From assembly GCA_030265395.1 (NCBI GenBank), contig JARFYF010000061.1:13016653-13080652 (forward strand): DNA of 64,000 bases, written 5' to 3'. Made by a program: the position numbers and the translations under genes. Every line of letters begins with the position of its first letter. Within the stretch, counting starts at the first letter, position 1. Shown here in pieces: positions 62,050-64,000 of the stretch. Source of the DNA: Rhina ancylostomus. Taxonomy: Eukaryota. The notes beneath the pieces are model-generated. The model saw only the letters and a list, made by a program, of their open reading frames with translations, was not told the DNA's origin and searched no databases.

Positions 62050-62305
62050 CAATTTATTGGTATTGGTTTATTATCATCACTTGTTTTTCACTGTACCGAG
62101 GTACAGTGAAAAACTTGTCTTACATACCGTTCATACAGATCAATTCATTACACAGAACAGATACACTGAGTTAGTACAGAGTGCATTGAGGTAGTACAAG
62201 GTAAAAACAACAACAGAATACAGAGTAAAGTGTCACAGCTACAGGGAAGTGCATTGCAGGTAGGCAATAAAGTACAGGGTCAAACAAGTTAGATTGTGAG
62301 GTGAC
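62050..62305 (-). mobile_element. Rex/Babar-type 3' tail in SEMA6D intron
   Basis: gtaccgaggtacagtgaaaaacttgtctt...cagatcaattcatt is the reverse complement of the 24540-24610 tail. Confidence 0.8.
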
Positions 62306-62741
62306 TTCTGGTTTAACCTGCTTTACAGATTTTATAGCATCTGAGTAGATTTCATAGGCATTCAGGGAAGGGGAAGGACAGTTCAGGTAGAAGGTAAATG
62401 CCCCAACAACTCTCATGGGCCAGAATTACTTTCCCCAGCCGCAAGTTCCACACCCATCTCCACACAACTACTACTGGCTTGGGTCTGCACACTGCCCTTC
62501 CCACACTGGTACTGCCCGCTTCAGAGTCTATCCCACTGGACTGAAAGCCAAGTCTTTTAACTAATCCGACTTAGTAATGGGAAATCCGTCAAGTACTAAG
62601 GATGCATGTAATGGAATTAAAGCATCTCAGCACCTGGAGTAAACCAAACTTCCAAAACACCTTACTGCCTACAAAGCTCCTGCTTGTTGTTGTGCAGGCT
62701 AAAGAAACAGTAATTTGAATCCAGTTTTCTCCATTCCTCAC

Positions 62742-62959
62742 CTGTTAAGCTGTGTTGTAAATACTCCAATAATAGTTGGGTACCCATTGATTTGTATAAT
62801 ATCTGTGACAGATTGCAATACATCAAAGTAGAAGAATGAATCCCCAGGAACTGAACAGTTTAATCGAGCTTTTAGAAAGGATGTCCAGTGTTTTTCCAAC
62901 ACCCTCTGGGATCCTCCCATGTCATTCTTACAAATTCTTGCCACACGTGAATAAACAGC
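62742..62959 (-). CDS. SEMA6D: SEMA6D coding exon, Sema domain, 218 nt
   Basis: ttcacag|[72 protein letters not shown]; donor AG|GTGAG. Confidence 0.97.
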
Positions 62960-63638
62960 CTGTGAAGAAATACAAACAGTACACTAGAGCACACCCACTA
63001 TATTAAAGAATTGATTTATTAAAAATTAAAAATAGATGCAGGCACTAACAGTAAACAATGCTTTCTTTGGAGATCAGAATTTTTTCATGGGCTTCTACAT
63101 AAGCATTACACTCTTAGGCTTGCCCTACAATACTCCAAAACATATGGTCAATGGGCTGAAACTGCTTTAATTAACCATGAGTAAAAGGTTTAATAATTTA
63201 CAGTGGCAAATCTATGTGGGATTGCAAGTAACATGAACAGCATTAGTGGGACTAAAATATTTATTAGTCTGAGCCTTTAGAGAGCAGAGTAATTTCAAGA
63301 AATCTTTCTGCAAAATTGATCGTAATGTCTGTAAATCTTGGATTTCTACTTATAGAGCAAATGTATAAGAACAGACCAAGCAAAAGTGATCTGCACATCA
63401 AATGCAATTAGAGATCAATCCCCTAAATGTTGATTCTTACTTCAGAAGGAAATATCTGCCAATTTATAACCTCTTTCTAAATGTGCAATTCAGTTTAGTT
63501 ATTATAATTATTCATAAACAAAGTTGCCATATGTTTATTGAATATGCAGTTATAAATTTAGGATTCCACTTATTTAAACAAAATTCATTAACATTTCCAA
63601 TGCTTATTTGTGACTGTGTGTTGAGAAGAGTCACTTGC

Positions 63639-63727
63639 CTTTCCAAGATTGTTGTGCTCAACAGCTATTTCTCTGAAGAAGAAATAGACAAAATTTCCAT
63701 ATTCAACAGCATGTAGGAAGTGTGGTT
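63639..63727 (-). CDS. SEMA6D: SEMA6D coding exon, Sema domain, 89 nt, GC donor
   Basis: tttttaacag|AA then PHFLHAVEYGNFVYFFFREIAVEHNNLGK; donor AAG|GCAAGT, phase 0. Confidence 0.95.
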
Positions 63728-63895
63728 CTGTTAAAAACATTAAGCACAACTTTAGATTTCTGACATTTTCAGCTCCACTTAAACTCTACTTTTCTCAAGC
63801 ACTTAGACATTACTAATAATGTTGCCTTAATGTCAAGGACCAAAAGGTTATTATGTTTGATATAGTCTTGAATGCATGTACAATTTTTGCATTAC

Positions 63896-64000
63896 CTTTG
63901 ATCCATTTTGAATCATATTTTATAGTCCTCAGAGCCGAACCATCTCCCATACTGCGGTAGATGACTGCATCGCTAGCTAGGAAATCTGCAACAGTTGCCG
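63896..64000 (-). CDS. SEMA6D: SEMA6D coding exon, Sema domain (5' end outside window)
   Basis: Translates to ATVADFLASDAVIYRSMGDGSALRTIKYDSKWIK; donor G|GTAAT, phase 1. Confidence 0.95.

Noticed and set aside
46140-64000. Calling SEMA6D a pseudogene
   Set aside because: Only one lesion; all other exons, splice sites and the long last exon are intact.

Overview
Vertebrate genomic DNA, most likely a cartilaginous fish, judged from its HE1/V-SINE, DeuSINE, CR1, L2, Rex/Babar and Penelope repeats. The assembly is gapped, with many 100-N and some 10-N gaps. The right part (about 46.1-64 kb) holds the 3' part of SEMA6D on the minus strand: 12 coding exons traced by hand with consistent splice phases, covering the Sema domain, PSI domain, two stalk cassette exons, the TM plus cytoplasmic tail, and a ~1.8 kb 3'UTR. 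The main anomaly is an in-frame TAA (58943-58945) in the PSI exon of an otherwise intact gene. There is also a GC-AG intron. The left ~46 kb is intergenic and packed with decayed, often nested retroelements, including Penelope terminal repeats with minimal hammerhead-ribozyme-like cores. No prokaryotic-type system, CRISPR array, tRNA or rRNA gene is supported. Exon coordinates are exact by hand count; repeat boundaries are approximate and family names come from recall, not a database search.
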